A DNA stretch of 64,000 nucleotides, from the NCBI GenBank assembly GCA_040954595.2, contig CM082592.2:12191796-12255795 (forward strand), in the 5' to 3' direction. Source of the stretch: Balanoglossus misakiensis (lineage: Eukaryota > Animalia > Hemichordata). Of the stretch, positions 27,799-41,825 are shown piece after piece. Positions within the stretch are counted from its first letter, which is position 1. Each line of letters begins with the position of its first letter. The notes under the pieces were generated by a model that searched no databases, was not told where the DNA came from, and worked only from the letters and a program-made list of their open reading frames with translations. The translations under genes and the position numbers were made by a program.

Positions 27799-29016
27799 GA
27801 CAGTGTCTGTGATTGGTCATCAAAGAAATACAGTGGATTACTAAAACTGAACAGATACATTAGATAGTCTGACTTTCATCACCTATTGCATGTTTTCCAA
27901 CTTAGCAGAGACCTTAGGCAATTATTATTCTTTGCATTCTTGCAAAGTTACCATTTTTAATTTCCATTTTAACTTATATAACACCAACTTTTTATTTTAA
28001 GTGTACCAGTTGTAAGTGACATGTAAATATTATTTCCTTGTGAAACTTTTGTGGCATGTTGTAATCAGTTCTTCAGTCATCTAATCATATGAACATGTAA
28101 TGTTATTCATTAAGACGTACTTAAGGATGCTACATTCACACATGTAGTTTTCTGTCAATTATCATTTTCGTAAAGTCCTGATATACGGGAACTTGAACAT
28201 TATTAACTATTGTTTATACAGTGGTCACATGACATGCATTGTCATGGACCCATTAGAAATAATTTTAAAACTGTTTTGCAAAAATGCTGATATAATGTTG
28301 AAGGTGTTAGACTAAGGTGCAATTTTGAGAAAAAAGTTGAGAGTGTCGATTTGAAGACCAGAGGCAAAACTGTAAAATGTTTAAGTATTCATTCCAAATT
28401 CATTATTTATTTTGCTGCATCCAATTTTTTAGAATAAAAATAATCAGTGCAAACCTTGACCATGTGATTTTCTTTATTTTAAAGAGACATTTTGTATGCA
28501 GCTGACTTAATTACTGTAACAAATGAATTGTTTTTGTGAATAACTTTGATCTGATCATAATTAAAATAGAGCAAAAATAAAGTAGGAGGCTCTCAAGACT
28601 TTGGATCATTTTGTATTGTGAAATGTTGAGCAGACAACAAAGGTCATCCACTTGCATTTGTCCTCTCAATATATAATTTTACATTCTCTTCAAACTTTGT
28701 TTTGCATTTTGAATGTTTCAATTATAATTAAATATACTGCATGTATTTTGTAAATAAAGATATAGATATTTAAAAAACAATGCAATATAGTCACAGTGCT
28801 TATTCCCCATGGACTAAGTCCACAGGGCCTAAGGTATTGGGCTTCGTCCATCCATTACCACTCATATCTCAGACATGAATGCACATGGACCAATTTCATT
28901 CAGATTAGGTGGGTTATACATTAGTTCCCTGGAACCCAAAATTTCAGTGTTCAGATGTGAAATAATCATTTTTAGTATGTTTATGATATACATGTAGTAC
29001 TTCAGCTTTTGGCAGG

Positions 29017-29057
29017 TCGAGCGCCCTCTTGCCACATATGAAAGAAACCCGGAAGTG
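29017..29057 (+). promoter_or_regulatory. HDAC6 promoter elements (CTCF-like and ETS motifs)
   Basis: GAGCGCCCTCTTGCC and CCCGGAAGTG lie in a CpG-rich patch about 430 bp upstream of the ATG. A probable 5'UTR donor (GTATGC) is near 29125. Confidence 0.45.
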
Positions 29058-29483
29058 TGACTCGCCCGCGCACGATAATCATTTCAAGTTTACCACCTGC
29101 TGTTCGAGCTCGAGTACATATGTGGTATGCGCTGCTTTTGGTGAGGACTGATTGGGTGTGATCGTCTGTTCTCTAAAGTGTGTGAGTATGGCATTCCGTG
29201 TGAAGTCAACAGCTTGAAGTCATTGTCTGTACCGTTAATGGCGTTATTTGTAAATTATGTTACATCAATCAATATCGTCATAATAACACATTTCACTTTT
29301 TTTTCAGTCACTTCACACCATGCACTATGATTGCGTACTCGGACGTTGTCATTAGTAACACAATGCTGTAGATTTCGCAGTTTTGAAGCATAGACACCAC
29401 ATATCATGCCTATGAGTCAAACTAAATAGAAATATTCTAAATTACAGATTTGCTGATCTTTCTTGATTACCAGTCTGAGCATA

Positions 29484-32400
29484 ATGGAAGACAGGAATGA
29501 TGGAAATGAGGTCAAAGGTCATGACTCTCCTCCGGACCATGAAGATGAACAAGTAGGTCATTCATATTATGATTTTTGAATTGCAACAACAATATTATTA
29601 AGGCCATAAATTTGTTTTATAAAAATGAGATTTTTGAGTAATATTTGTACAACAAGAATGAAAAAAAAGGTTTTGGTTGAGTACGCATAGCTCAGGGCTC
29701 TAAAAGCTTATTTTCAGCACTTTGAAATCTTTGTATAAGGCCAAGGCTCTTTATGCATTGCTCGTTGAAAACTGCCATGATAAAGCAAATATATATAATT
29801 TAGCGATTGACATTGATAACCCTGTTTGTGTGATACTAATGCTGCAAAATGTGACTTTTTGATTGTTTCACACATTCATGAATCAGGAAATAGAGAAAAA
29901 GGGTGAGGATGAAAGTGGCAAGGAAGGAAGAAAAAGAGTTAAACCATCGTTGGAAGAGATTAAAAAGAAGGGAAGAGAAGCCAGGTCTGCAAAACGAAGA
30001 AATGAAGTAGATATCAGTATAATGACTCAACAAATGGTAAGTGTGAAATGGGACGTGTATACTATGATTGATATTTAGACAATTGAAGAAAAGTCATTGT
30101 GGAGGTGGTAAGTGTGATACAGACAACTTTGAAAAATGGAAAGAATGAATAGAAACTTTGAAAATCCTGAGATGAATAGAACTGTCTTTGGTATGACAGG
30201 TATATAATGATAACTTATTCTTTGCTGTAACTTGCTAATTTGTTTTGATTTCATTTTGTAGGTGATAGATGACATCCCACCGGCATCAGTACAAGGGTAA
30301 GAAAATCTATCAGTGTGTCAGTCTTGGGTATGAACATTTACGAGTGAATTAGCCTTGAGTGAAATATGACATTTCTATAATATTCTTTAAGTAAACTTTC
30401 ATGCTTCAGAACTTCAGAAGTGTGAATATAGTTCAGTATAAAAAGGTGGTATCTTTAGAGTCAAGTTTGGCAGTGATATACTAACAAACCTGGGGGTTAT
30501 GAGATTTCATTGCCTCAACATTTTCTGATGCTGCTGAAAGAAGCAGGTTTTGTTTATAATTTGATGTCTATTGTTCATCAACAGGACTGGGTTTATTTAT
30601 GATGAGAGATTGTTAAAACATAAAGGTGTTTATGACAGGTAAGTCTTATATGCCAACCACATGTTCACAGATCATTAGTCCATGTGTCCATATTGTATGT
30701 CTTCATTTTACCCTTAAGATGCATTTAAATAATCAAATTAGTGGCAAAAATCTTTGAATGTCAAAACTTTAATGTTGCTATGTTCCTATGAAAACAGGAC
30801 ATTTGATCAGTACATATAAGCAGTGTTATGCGTATTCATCTTAAAACAGTATTTTCATGTAATCTTGTGTGTGTTGTTTTAGTTTTTTGACAATTTTAAA
30901 TCATTGAGTGTTCACTTTTCAGTGAACCAGGTCGGTCAGAAACTCCAGAACGCATCATTTCTTGTTATGAAATGCTGAGGGAAGTTGGTTTATTTGAAAG
31001 ATGTCAGCAGCTACCTGTGAGTACAAGATTACCAGTAGTTCTATCTTGCTCTCCTTTATCGTTCTTTTGATCTGTTATGTTCTCACCAGTCTATAGTTGT
31101 GATGACACGAAAATCATCACCGGGTAGTTGATTATTGAAACTAACATTGCAGTATTACAGCACAGATGCAAGTTGATTGCTACTGAGAGTGTTCTTGTTT
31201 GGAAGAAAACAGATTAATGTTGCCTGTTGTTCTTATGAATTGCTTCAAAAACATGCAAATGGTTGAGGGCAAGCCATCTCGTTCTGAAATCTGTGATACT
31301 AGTCTTTGTGTAATTCTGGAAGTTTTGTCATTGGGCAATGTGAACTTGTGAAGGCAATAATTGTTTCTTCCTAAAACTTTTCTTTCATTTATGGTCGCCA
31401 GGGGAGACATGCTTCTGTGGAAGAACTTAAAATGTTACACAGGTGTGTACTGGCCCAATTATGTGTGCATAATCCACGCTATTACTATTAAAAATTATAT
31501 TCAAGTCTGAACTTGAATGAATTTGTTAACAATGACTATTGTCACTATGCATAACACATGACTTGTTGATGAAGAGAAAACTGGGTATTTTTTGTGTATA
31601 TTTAGGATAAAAAATTGTATTTGAGACAAAAAAATTCTTTCTTGAATCACTGAAGTTTATACTGTAAACAAGTGTTATGGCCTTATTTCTAAACCATTAT
31701 GAAGTGTTTGAAACAGGATAGTTACATTTTGCTTATGAAATATCAGCATTTGTTCCCATAGTCTTTTCTCCATCAGTGTCAGACCCTGGGGATGAATTGT
31801 GAGTTATGTCTACTTTCAGTGAGGAGTATGTTGATTTAATGATGAGAACATCAGACATGTCTGTGGCGGAGTTGCAAGAACTTGCTGAAAGTTTTGATTC
31901 TGTACATCTTAGTCCAGTAAGTGTTGATCATGTTCTACACATTGATGTATTTACTTCATATTTACTTACATTTTACCAGAGATTATGCAAAGAGTTGAAC
32001 TACTGAGTTTGATCTAGCATATGTTTCTCTATAGAGAACAACACACAAACCCCTTCTCAAGTTAAAAAAACATCAAGCAAAGTAATGCCCAAAGTGTGTA
32101 ACTTTATTTCCTTTAAAAGTTTCATTGTTTGTAAAGGATTTTACTTAATGAATCCATTCCATAATTTCAGAACACCTATGAAACAGCATCAGTTGCTGCA
32201 GGGTGTACCATCTCGATGGTTGAAGAGATAATAAGACAAAAGGTAGTGATCAATTGTAATTCTTTATGGCATTAATGGTCATATTTTATAATTCAGAAGA
32301 GGAATTGTAGTTGACAGAATAAAGCTAGTATTGTTTTCAAGCCAGGGAAAATATATCAGAAGTGTAATTACGACAACAGTAGTATTACTTTAATGTATTC

Positions 32401-35400
32401 CATTTCTGTTTATTGAAAGAGCCAAAAATATATTCTGTTTGTCTTTTATGGTTTTATAGATACGCAATGGAATAGTAATGGTAAGGTATGTACAAAACTT
32501 TTTATATAAGGTGTGTATAGCCTGGTTAGATTTTACATAGAGGCTCTTTTATACAAGTTTAACTTGTTAAAAAACATTTTAACATCTTACACAAATTCTG
32601 TCTCTTTTTCCTCCAGACCACCAGGTCACCATGCACAACATAGTGCAGCGTGTGGATATGGTTATTTTAATAATGTAGCATTGGCTGCGTACCATGCAAG
32701 ACACAACTTGAATGTACAAAGGTAAATTAGAACATTAAAATCTGCAAACTTTTAAGAAGAGGTCCTCCAAATCCCTGTATCTTCTGTATATTTCCATGTT
32801 ATGTGAAATCCTTTTCAATGTAAGCAAGAAATAACTGTTTACCATCAAAATTGTCACTGTTAATTATTTTGTAACAGGTTTGACTTTCAATTACATGTAA
32901 ATGCATATTACTTTGGATACTGGGATTTCTGAAATTCTGAACTTTGCATTTATCCTGTTATAGTAAAATGAGTCATAGTTTGAATTTTATTCATCTCTAT
33001 GTAGTTTTAGTATGTCAGTAAAGTCCTCTGCCAATTTTAGTTTCTCTAATGACCCTTATAAGTCCAAATTTTCGCTGCTACAGTAATTTTGACTTTTGTC
33101 TATTTCAGGATTTTAATTGTAGACTGGGATATTCATCATGGTCAGGGAACACAGTATTTTTTTGAAGATGATCCAAGGTATTACAAGTCTAATGTAAAAA
33201 TTGATGCTTGACGGTATTTATTAAACAGGAGAAAATCACTCTCTTTTGACGTTGGTCTGAATTGTTTTGGTGTTTTGTTCTGCAATTGATATTCACCAAA
33301 AATAGTTTTACACTTGGTTGTTTGAAACATGCAGGATGAAGGCAATCGAGAAGGTGACTGCAAGAGAGACAGAATTGATTGAAATGCAATTTTATGCTTA
33401 TTATGTCAGCTTGTTGTCTTTTGATAAAATAAGCATTGGCAGTGAATTGAGAAATGTGAGATAGACAGCAGTGAGTGGAAAAGAAAAGAAATAGGGGAAA
33501 GAAGACATAGAACTGTACATTGACAAGCTGTAAATGCTGTTTCTTTGTTTGTTTGTACCATTTTAGCATTTTATACTTTTCAATCCATCGCTATGACAAT
33601 GGTGCATTTTGGCCTCATTTACAAGACAGTAACTATGATAAAGTTGGCACAGGAAACGGAGTTGGTTTTAATATCAATGTGCCTTGGAATAAAGTAAGTA
33701 GGCTTATATTGATTGATGTTGAATTATAAAAAAACTATAAATGTTTAAGGAATAGCAAAATTAAATTACATATTGACAGTGAAATGTTCAATTAATGTTT
33801 TGGTTTAATTGTTATATGAGAAAGAAAGAAGTGAACTTAGTTCTAGTTTTTCACATGCTTTGTTATCAAAATGTAACAACCACTATTGCGCGCCAACTTT
33901 TGTACTCAAAATGTAACAAATTTTGTTTCATGAATGTTGAACTGGACGTGTACGACACAGGCTGAAAGGAGTTCGATACACATCAAAAAGTGTTACCGCT
34001 ACCTCTGAATTTGGATTTTGTATTGTTACCATGACAGGTCGGCATGGGGGACAGTGAATACATTGCTGTCTTTCAGCAGATTCTGCTACCAGTAGCCTAT
34101 GAAGTAAGTAGAATGGTTCACTGTTGTGCTAGGCCAGCTTATATTTGCAAATGTTAATGAGCTCAAGTGTGTATCAAATCTTATTAGCATCATTCAAACT
34201 ACTATTCATTAGTGTTTGTAGAAAATAGGTACTTTGTTTACAACCTAGTCAATTTTTCCAAGGTTTAAATTGGACAAAGAACTGTATTGAAAGGTGATTT
34301 ATTGATTATTAGCTTGTAACAATGGCAACGAGATTAATATTGAGATTGCCAGGAGTATGAGAAGTATCGATTAATTCCTTGGGTTGACCATTTCTGCTGT
34401 AAATATTCCTAGAGTAGCACTCATTACTATTTACATTTGCCATTGTTGTTGTTTTTTCAGTTTGATCCAGAACTGGTATTGGTTTCTGCAGGTTTTGATT
34501 CAGGATTGGGTGATCCAAAGGTGTGTATTCTGTAATATGCAAATGATGATATCAACTGACAAATATATATAGGAAGTCATGTGACATGAAAACAAGAATA
34601 GAAACAGTTTATTTAAAACTTGCACAAACAATACAGATACTTGTTATGATTGAAGGAGTTAAACAGATGTGTTGAATATTAATCAGTCTCAATAGATTCT
34701 CAGTGGCAAGCAATGGAGTAGTATTTCATTCTTCTAATAAAAGTGTGAAAGAATGATAGCAGTATTTAAAGTATAAGATACAACATGTCAGTTTAGATGA
34801 GCCTAGGACTTATCTTTCTGGGATATGTTAACATTAATAGATGTGTATATCTGTCTACCATAGGGTGAAATGAAGCTAACTCCAGCCGGTTATGGACATC
34901 TGACTCATATGTTGATGCCATTAGCCCAGGGAAGGTTAGCTCTTGTCTTAGAGGTATGTGAGAAATTCATTGTAAACTGCAGCTATCTTTATACCACTAT
35001 CACTTTTGTAATTGTTACCTGACAATGTTGCAAAGTTGATTCGCTGGCATTATATGTTTATTCTCCTTCTGATATGTGCTACATGGATTCATAAATGATT
35101 ACACATAGACATTTGGAGTTAAGATGTTGATTCATAAAGTCTGTGAAAATTGAATCAGTCTGTTTTTTATCCATTCTTAGGGAGGGTACAATGTGAAAAC
35201 TCTTTCACAAAGTATGGCAATGTGTGTACGCATTTTACTAGGAGCGCCCTGTCTACCTCTACAAATAACCAAACCGTGTGATAGGTAGTGTAACATTTTT
35301 CATAACATTTTTTTATAATTTTATGTGAAAATATAAAAATTGATAATTATATTGCTATGAAGTGCACTGGTACAGATGTATAGTTACAGCCTGTTTTAGA

Positions 35401-38400
35401 CTCTCTCATGACAACCCCTTTGCTAACTTAAATGCCTCGTTTCTCAGCTGAGTCAGAGCAAACAGTGTATTCTAGCTCTGTTTATAATCCTCTGCTGGTT
35501 ATGTCCTCTGCCTTTGGTCATCAGTGTACAGAAGAGATTCAGATCTGTGTAGCAAACTATGGATTATGAGAGAGTCAAAGCCTATTTGCATAGACCGGAG
35601 CAAGGAACGGACTTGATAAAATGACTGTCTACAGACTAAAAATATTTCAAAGAGTATGAAGTAACATTTGATGGACTGGCATCTGAAACAACTATGTTGA
35701 CAACATCAGCAATATTGACACCATCAATGACTTTGTTTTCTTGCAGTGCAATTCAGAGCATCTTAGATGTGATATCAGTCCATAGACAGTTTTGGAAATG
35801 TCTGCAATACCAAGGTATGGACATTGTTCATGAAGTTGCTAGACCGAGATAAGCCCATCATCATTGTAGTAACTTTGGCTAGAGCACAGTCATTGAATTG
35901 GAAATGTCATAACTGCCAACACATCAATCATAATGAAAAACTTGCACAGGAACTCAAATTAAGTAAACTTGAGCAAAAAATTAGATGACATATAACAAAG
36001 GGTATAGGTGATAATTGAAGTGAGCGTAATTGTCAATTCATCTGTTAACTTAAAAATGAATTATAGTATGTATGTTATATTGACTGGCTGACAAGAAGAC
36101 ATTCTGACATCTTCAGAGAGTGAATTGATAAACAAAACAAAAAATAATGACAAAAATGATAGTTATATCTATTGTTATTAATCTTTCATGTGTTTTTGTT
36201 GTGATGACAGCTTTACCTACTGAAGAAAAAGACGAAACTGAAGAAAGTGCCATGAGCGTTCTTGAATTGAAGTTGACAGTGCGTAGGCAAGTGATATAGT
36301 ACTTGATTTAACTGTTAGTATCTTCAGAAGAATCATATCAGATTTGTACTTCTGATTCAATTCTCAAGTATTCTACAGTAATTTTCTCAATGTAACATTT
36401 CATTTTGCATGTATTTCTAAATCAGTCTTACAAAAGCCAGTCTACTTACAACTGCCACAACTGGTTATATTTGGTAATTTGTGATGGCATAACTGTGTTG
36501 TCTATAAATCATTACTTACAGAACAGCATTACTTTACGATGAAAGAATGCGAAAGCATAGAGACCAATGGAATACGTGAGTAAAGAGTTTGCCTTTGCTG
36601 CATGCATCAATATGACATGAAACAGTCTTGGCCCTGTTTCTAGTTTTACAAACCAGCTAAAACTGTTCTGTGATGTTGAATTTATTTCAGTTGCTCAGTA
36701 CTTACATCAATCAGCTGTCATTCCGTCTGTGCAGTTATATTATTTACACCGACAGATGTTTGATTGATAACAAGTAACTTATTCTTTGACATGACAATTT
36801 TTTTCCTCAAACTAGTTCTCATCCTGAACGTCCTGATCGGATTACAAAGATATTCGAGAAGCATGCAGCTTGGAAGTTACTCGATAGATGTCTCAGGGTG
36901 GAGGTGATGTATGATTTTGATGTCATAACTTCATAGATGCAAGGACTCAGTGAGTGTAATAGTATTGCAGGGTTTTAAATAACTTTTTAACATTGGGAGT
37001 CCCTGGGACCCCTGGTACTTGAAAATAGGAGTCATTGTCAAAGATTGAACAGTTGACTTATGATACCGTAATCATATCAGTTAATAAATAAGGCTTTAAA
37101 CGAGGGATTATCTTGCCTTTCCCTTAAATACTGTCTTTTCCATGTACAATGTGTATTTTTCCTTATTTTGAGCAGGCAAGAATGGCTACTGATGAAGAAA
37201 TATTAGCTTTACATAGGTGAGTAAATTGTAGTGTTGTAATATTTCATTAAACAAGATGATTTAAATCTACTGTCACTCACTCACTCACTCATTCATTCAT
37301 TCATTTTATTCTTTCTTTCACTAATAAACAAGGTTTTATAATGTAATTTTTTATACTCTTCACATCAGTGTACCATAAAAATGATCACAATTTTGGTTTC
37401 AACTTGTAACAAATTCATGTATTTTGACACTTGGACAGTTCACATCATTTGAAGAAGATGAAAGAATCACAAGACATGAAAAACAGAGAGCTCTTCCAAC
37501 TTCAAATGGAGTACAACTCCATTTATTTTCATGAGGTATGCAGTCCTGTTAATTTTAATTTCTTGCACAATTACCTCACGATTTTCATTGAATGGCAACA
37601 GGATCGTCAAAAGAATTCCTAATTTGAACAGTGACATTTCCTGTGTATCTGCCACCCAAGTCAAAAACTGTAATCTAAGTGAACTACCAGCAGTAGAAAA
37701 TATCACACAAGTTTTAGTTCTGTATTATTGGAGGATAATTCACCTCCTCTCATTATCTTTGTTGGTTGTTGATCTTTACAGAATAGTGAAGATAGAAAAC
37801 ATAAAAAATTGTTCATTTGGACATATTGCTGGTGTTTCTTTCTCCATTTTATTTCTTTCTTCCAATCCCATTGCAGACATCCTATGAATGTGCATGCCTA
37901 GCTGCAGGCAGTGTTTTCAATGTAGTCAAGGAGGTCCTCACTGGACAGGTGGGCTTTGCTTATTATGCAAATTGTCTTAGTTGGTAGAAATGTCTTAGAA
38001 GTGTAGTGACTACTGTTTTTTTTTCATATTTTATAAGGACAGTCCACAATGACTTCACATCAGCATCATATTCCAGAAAAGACGCAGTTCAGGGTTTTGT
38101 AGGATCCATTGTTGGAATGACTTGGTATGTTGATATAACATTTTTTATCTGGTTGCAGGTACAGAATGGTGTGTGCATTACCAGGTAAGTAGATGTACTG
38201 TGTGTCTACTTGTCGTTAATAAATGTTTTCAGACACAGAGAAATTCCAACATGGACAAATGAATTGTGGATAACTAAATAAATAATATCCTACTGGTACT
38301 TTGTAATTTTGATAAGTAAAATTCTCAAATTTTTCTGGTACGTTTTGTTTTCAGACCACCAGGACATCATGCAGAAATCAATGCTGCGTGTGGATTTTGT

Positions 38401-41400
38401 TTCTTTAATAATGTTGCCTTGGCTGCAAGATTTGCACAGAATAACTTTGGATTGAAAAGGTAGTTAAACATATTGCTTTTATTGACATGTCAAATTTGAG
38501 AATTTCAATATGGTAGACGCAGTAGGTAGACCCAGGAATTAACCACACACACACAAACACTCAGCAACTTACCATCTTGATAGGGTTATCTTACCCTCAC
38601 CCAATATTTCCTTATCTACCTATACCTTGATAAACTTCCCGTTGTTAACCTTACCTTGGTTACCTTCTTCCTGTTTGTAGGGTCTTAATTGTTGACTGGG
38701 ATGTTCACCATGGAAACGGCATCCAACACATGTTTGATGAGGATGACACTGTGTTGTACATTTCCTTGCATCGCTATGACAATGGCATATTCTACCCTGG
38801 GTCTCCAGATGCCAACTACGACAAAGTTGGCAGAGGAAAAGGGAAAGGATTTAACATCAATGTCGCATGGAATGGGGTAAAATATCTGACATGATACTAC
38901 TTAGAACAGGAATGGAGCATATTATGTATAACATCATGTATTTATCCAGGCTGTAGCTGCCATGGTGAAATTGAACACAAAATGCTGTGTTTCAAAATAA
39001 ATCAATGGTCCTTTTATGGTTGAAATGATTTCTATTTCATTCAGGGGTTGGTATGAGATACTGTGAGATCTGACCATCATCAAATCATGATTCAACATCT
39101 ATGCAAATTGATCCAACATAATCAACCAGTGTCTCTAATCATTAACATATTTTGCAGGGCAGGATGGGTGATGCTGAGTACATAACAGCTTTCCATAAAA
39201 TCATTATGCCGATTGCTATGGAAGTAAGTCCTGTTATATTCCTTATAATCTCTACTTCAAAAGCTAGTCAGTTTAAATACTTTGAGGTAAGCCAGAAATT
39301 AAAGTAACAGAACTTATTTAAGATCTGGGATCTGTTTTTATCAAGGGAATGATACTGTCTGAGACAAACTTTGAGAGCTCCAAATTCATTTAAAATAAAT
39401 GATAAATACTTTCTGATCACCCCTGATCTCTTCTGCTGTATGGTAGTTGGTACCTTCAACATACTCAAGTACACAATAACTTCATTGCTTTACTGACATC
39501 ACAATTCTAATTTGGTTCAATCTCACATATCTCTGTTGCAGTTCTCACCAGAGTTGGTGTTAGTGTCTGCAGGATTTGATGCTGCCAGGGGAGATCCACT
39601 GGTGAGTTTACAAATATTGTAGAATTATCACAAACTAGACAGACATACAGACATACAGACAGGCAACAACCAACACTAAGTGGACAACACGACAAATCTA
39701 CTGGAGTGAAAATTCTGTTGTTGATCTAACTTAGTCGGTCATGATTGCTTGAATTCAGTGAATATGTTTTTATTAGCTTGTACATTGTCATCTGACATAT
39801 TTGTAGCCAATGACACAGACATGCGATATTAATACCTGAAATATTGTCTTGGATTTTAGGGTGGCTACATGATAACTCCAGAGGGCTATGCACATATGAC
39901 TCATATGTTGTCATCATTAGCACATGGCAGACTTGTGTTAGTACTTGAGGTAAGAAGCTAAAAGTCAAGAGTTTTAGAGTCATTCTCCTCAATTTGCTTA
40001 TGAAACATTCAACAGAGGTTTCTATGATTCTTCAGTTATTTTGTTGATGAAACGTTACTCAAAATGTACTGTGTGGTCAAGATTTTCACACATACGTTAT
40101 ATAATGTGTGATTTCTGACAAATTTTTCCTGTCTAACCATCTACAAGAGACATAGATGACAAAGTTATACTGTTAATGAAATAGAAATAAGGTCAAAATG
40201 AACTTGTGTATGTGATTATGTTTTTGCAGGGTGGATACAATCTGAACTCCATATCACTTTCAGTGGCAATGTGTACAAAGATTTTACTTGGTGATTCTTG
40301 TCCCAGCATGCAATGCAGCCTACCATGTCCTGCAGCTGTGGAATGCATTCTCAACACATTACATGTACATCACAAGTACTGGCAATCTTTACAGGTTCAA
40401 GGTAAACTGATGTGTCTTTTTTGTGTAGTCATTGATATTATCAAAAATAGAACAAAATGAATATGAATAGGTGACAGATGAGGCAACCAGTAAAAGCTGT
40501 GCTATTTCAGCATACAGTAATACAAATCTTCTGTACTTCTTAAATAAAGAATAACCTACCAATCAAACATGAGTCACAGTGGAAACATTAGGGTATTCGA
40601 GATCAGAAAACTTTATCTTTCATTTTACAGTAACATTACCAGAACTTGAAGTCATGACATCAAATACTGGTGAGACAATCACAAAAGAAGGCACAGACAC
40701 AACGAGATCTAAGTATGAAATGATTTCAAACTTAAGTTCAAACATTCAATATCAATGAGTAGACATTCCATAGCTCCTCGTAAGTTTTGTTAATACTGTT
40801 GTTTTACAACCGACATGTCAATCAGATTTATTCTCCCCTAATTCAGAGTGTCTGCAGGAGGTGATGCAGGACCTGATGTGGTTGGCATAGTTACAGATGA
40901 GAATCTAGAGGAAAGCATGGCTGCAATGTCAATCAGAGAAACGGAGGAAAATGTGCAAGTATGGGAACATTTTTTTGTACAATTCCAAGCACCTGTCTGT
41001 GGTGCAATCACAAACTAAAAATGGTCATTTAGTATTTATGGCAGAGTCGTACAACTTTGAACCAAAGGCGAGAAGTTCTGTAAAAAAATTCAGGTATACC
41101 CAAATTAAATAACCAAACTCAGAGAATGAATTTTGAAGCACATGTACTCTTACACTTGGTCATTTAGTATTTATGGCAGAGTCGTACAACTTTGAACCAA
41201 AGGCGAGAAGTTCTGTAAAAAAATTCAGGTATACCCAAATTAAATAACCAAACTCAGAGAATGAATTTTGAAGCACATGTACTCTTACACACCAGTACCT
41301 CTGATGGCAGATCATTTTTGTGTTAAGGACTTCCCTTTTTCATCGACTATCACATTATTCAGATCAACATATTATATTTATTGTTTGTTAGGTGACAATG

Positions 41401-41825
41401 TATGACACAGTGTGTGATACTCCTGCTGATGGTTTTGACACACATTTACCCTGTGCAGCGTGTGGAGACGACTGCTCTGAAAAGTTGGTTTGTCTTGTCT
41501 GCGATCAGGTAAGATGTTGTTTTCTTCCTACATGAAATACAGTACTGTTATTGTGTATACCGGTAGTAGACTGTAGCTTTTCATATCATACATACATACC
41601 AGTATGCATACAACAAAAGATTGTGTTTCATGTATACAAAGTCATTTCCAATCGACCTAAATAGTGCTGTTGTTACTACCACCAGTACCATTCTAGAATC
41701 ACCAACACCTCTCCTATCAATAATACTACCATACCACTGCCTCACAACACAGTCTCTAATGTTTGACCTTTGGCACATGTGTGACCTTTGACATGTTTAA
41801 CTTGAACTTTCAGAGACTTCCTTAA
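29484..41825 (+). CDS. HDAC6: Histone deacetylase 6 (class IIb) with tandem catalytic domains and a degenerate, truncated ZnF-UBP; ~34 coding exons
   Basis: N-terminal [12 protein letters not shown]1: RPPGHHA (32617), DWDIHHGQG (33109), [15 protein letters not shown] (34461/34864), LEGGY (35181). CD2: HPERPDR (36816), RPPGHHA..GFCFFNN (38355), DWDVHHGNG (38681), [14 protein letters not shown] (39542), LEGGY (40230). DPK in CD1 and DPL in CD2 match HDAC6 rather than HDAC10 (DPE). The last exons, 41392-41508 and 41814-41825, are less certain. Confidence 0.93.
41022..41290 (+). repeat. Tandem duplication, 2 copies with a 135-bp period, in an HDAC6 intron
   Basis: TGGTCATTTAGTATTTATGGCAGAG...GTACTCTTACAC occurs at 41022-41155 and 41157-41290; the copies look identical by eye. 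Confidence 0.92.

Noticed and set aside
28800-28915. Possible Helentron/HINE-like fragment upstream of HDAC6
   Set aside because: Only a vague resemblance; no definable termini.
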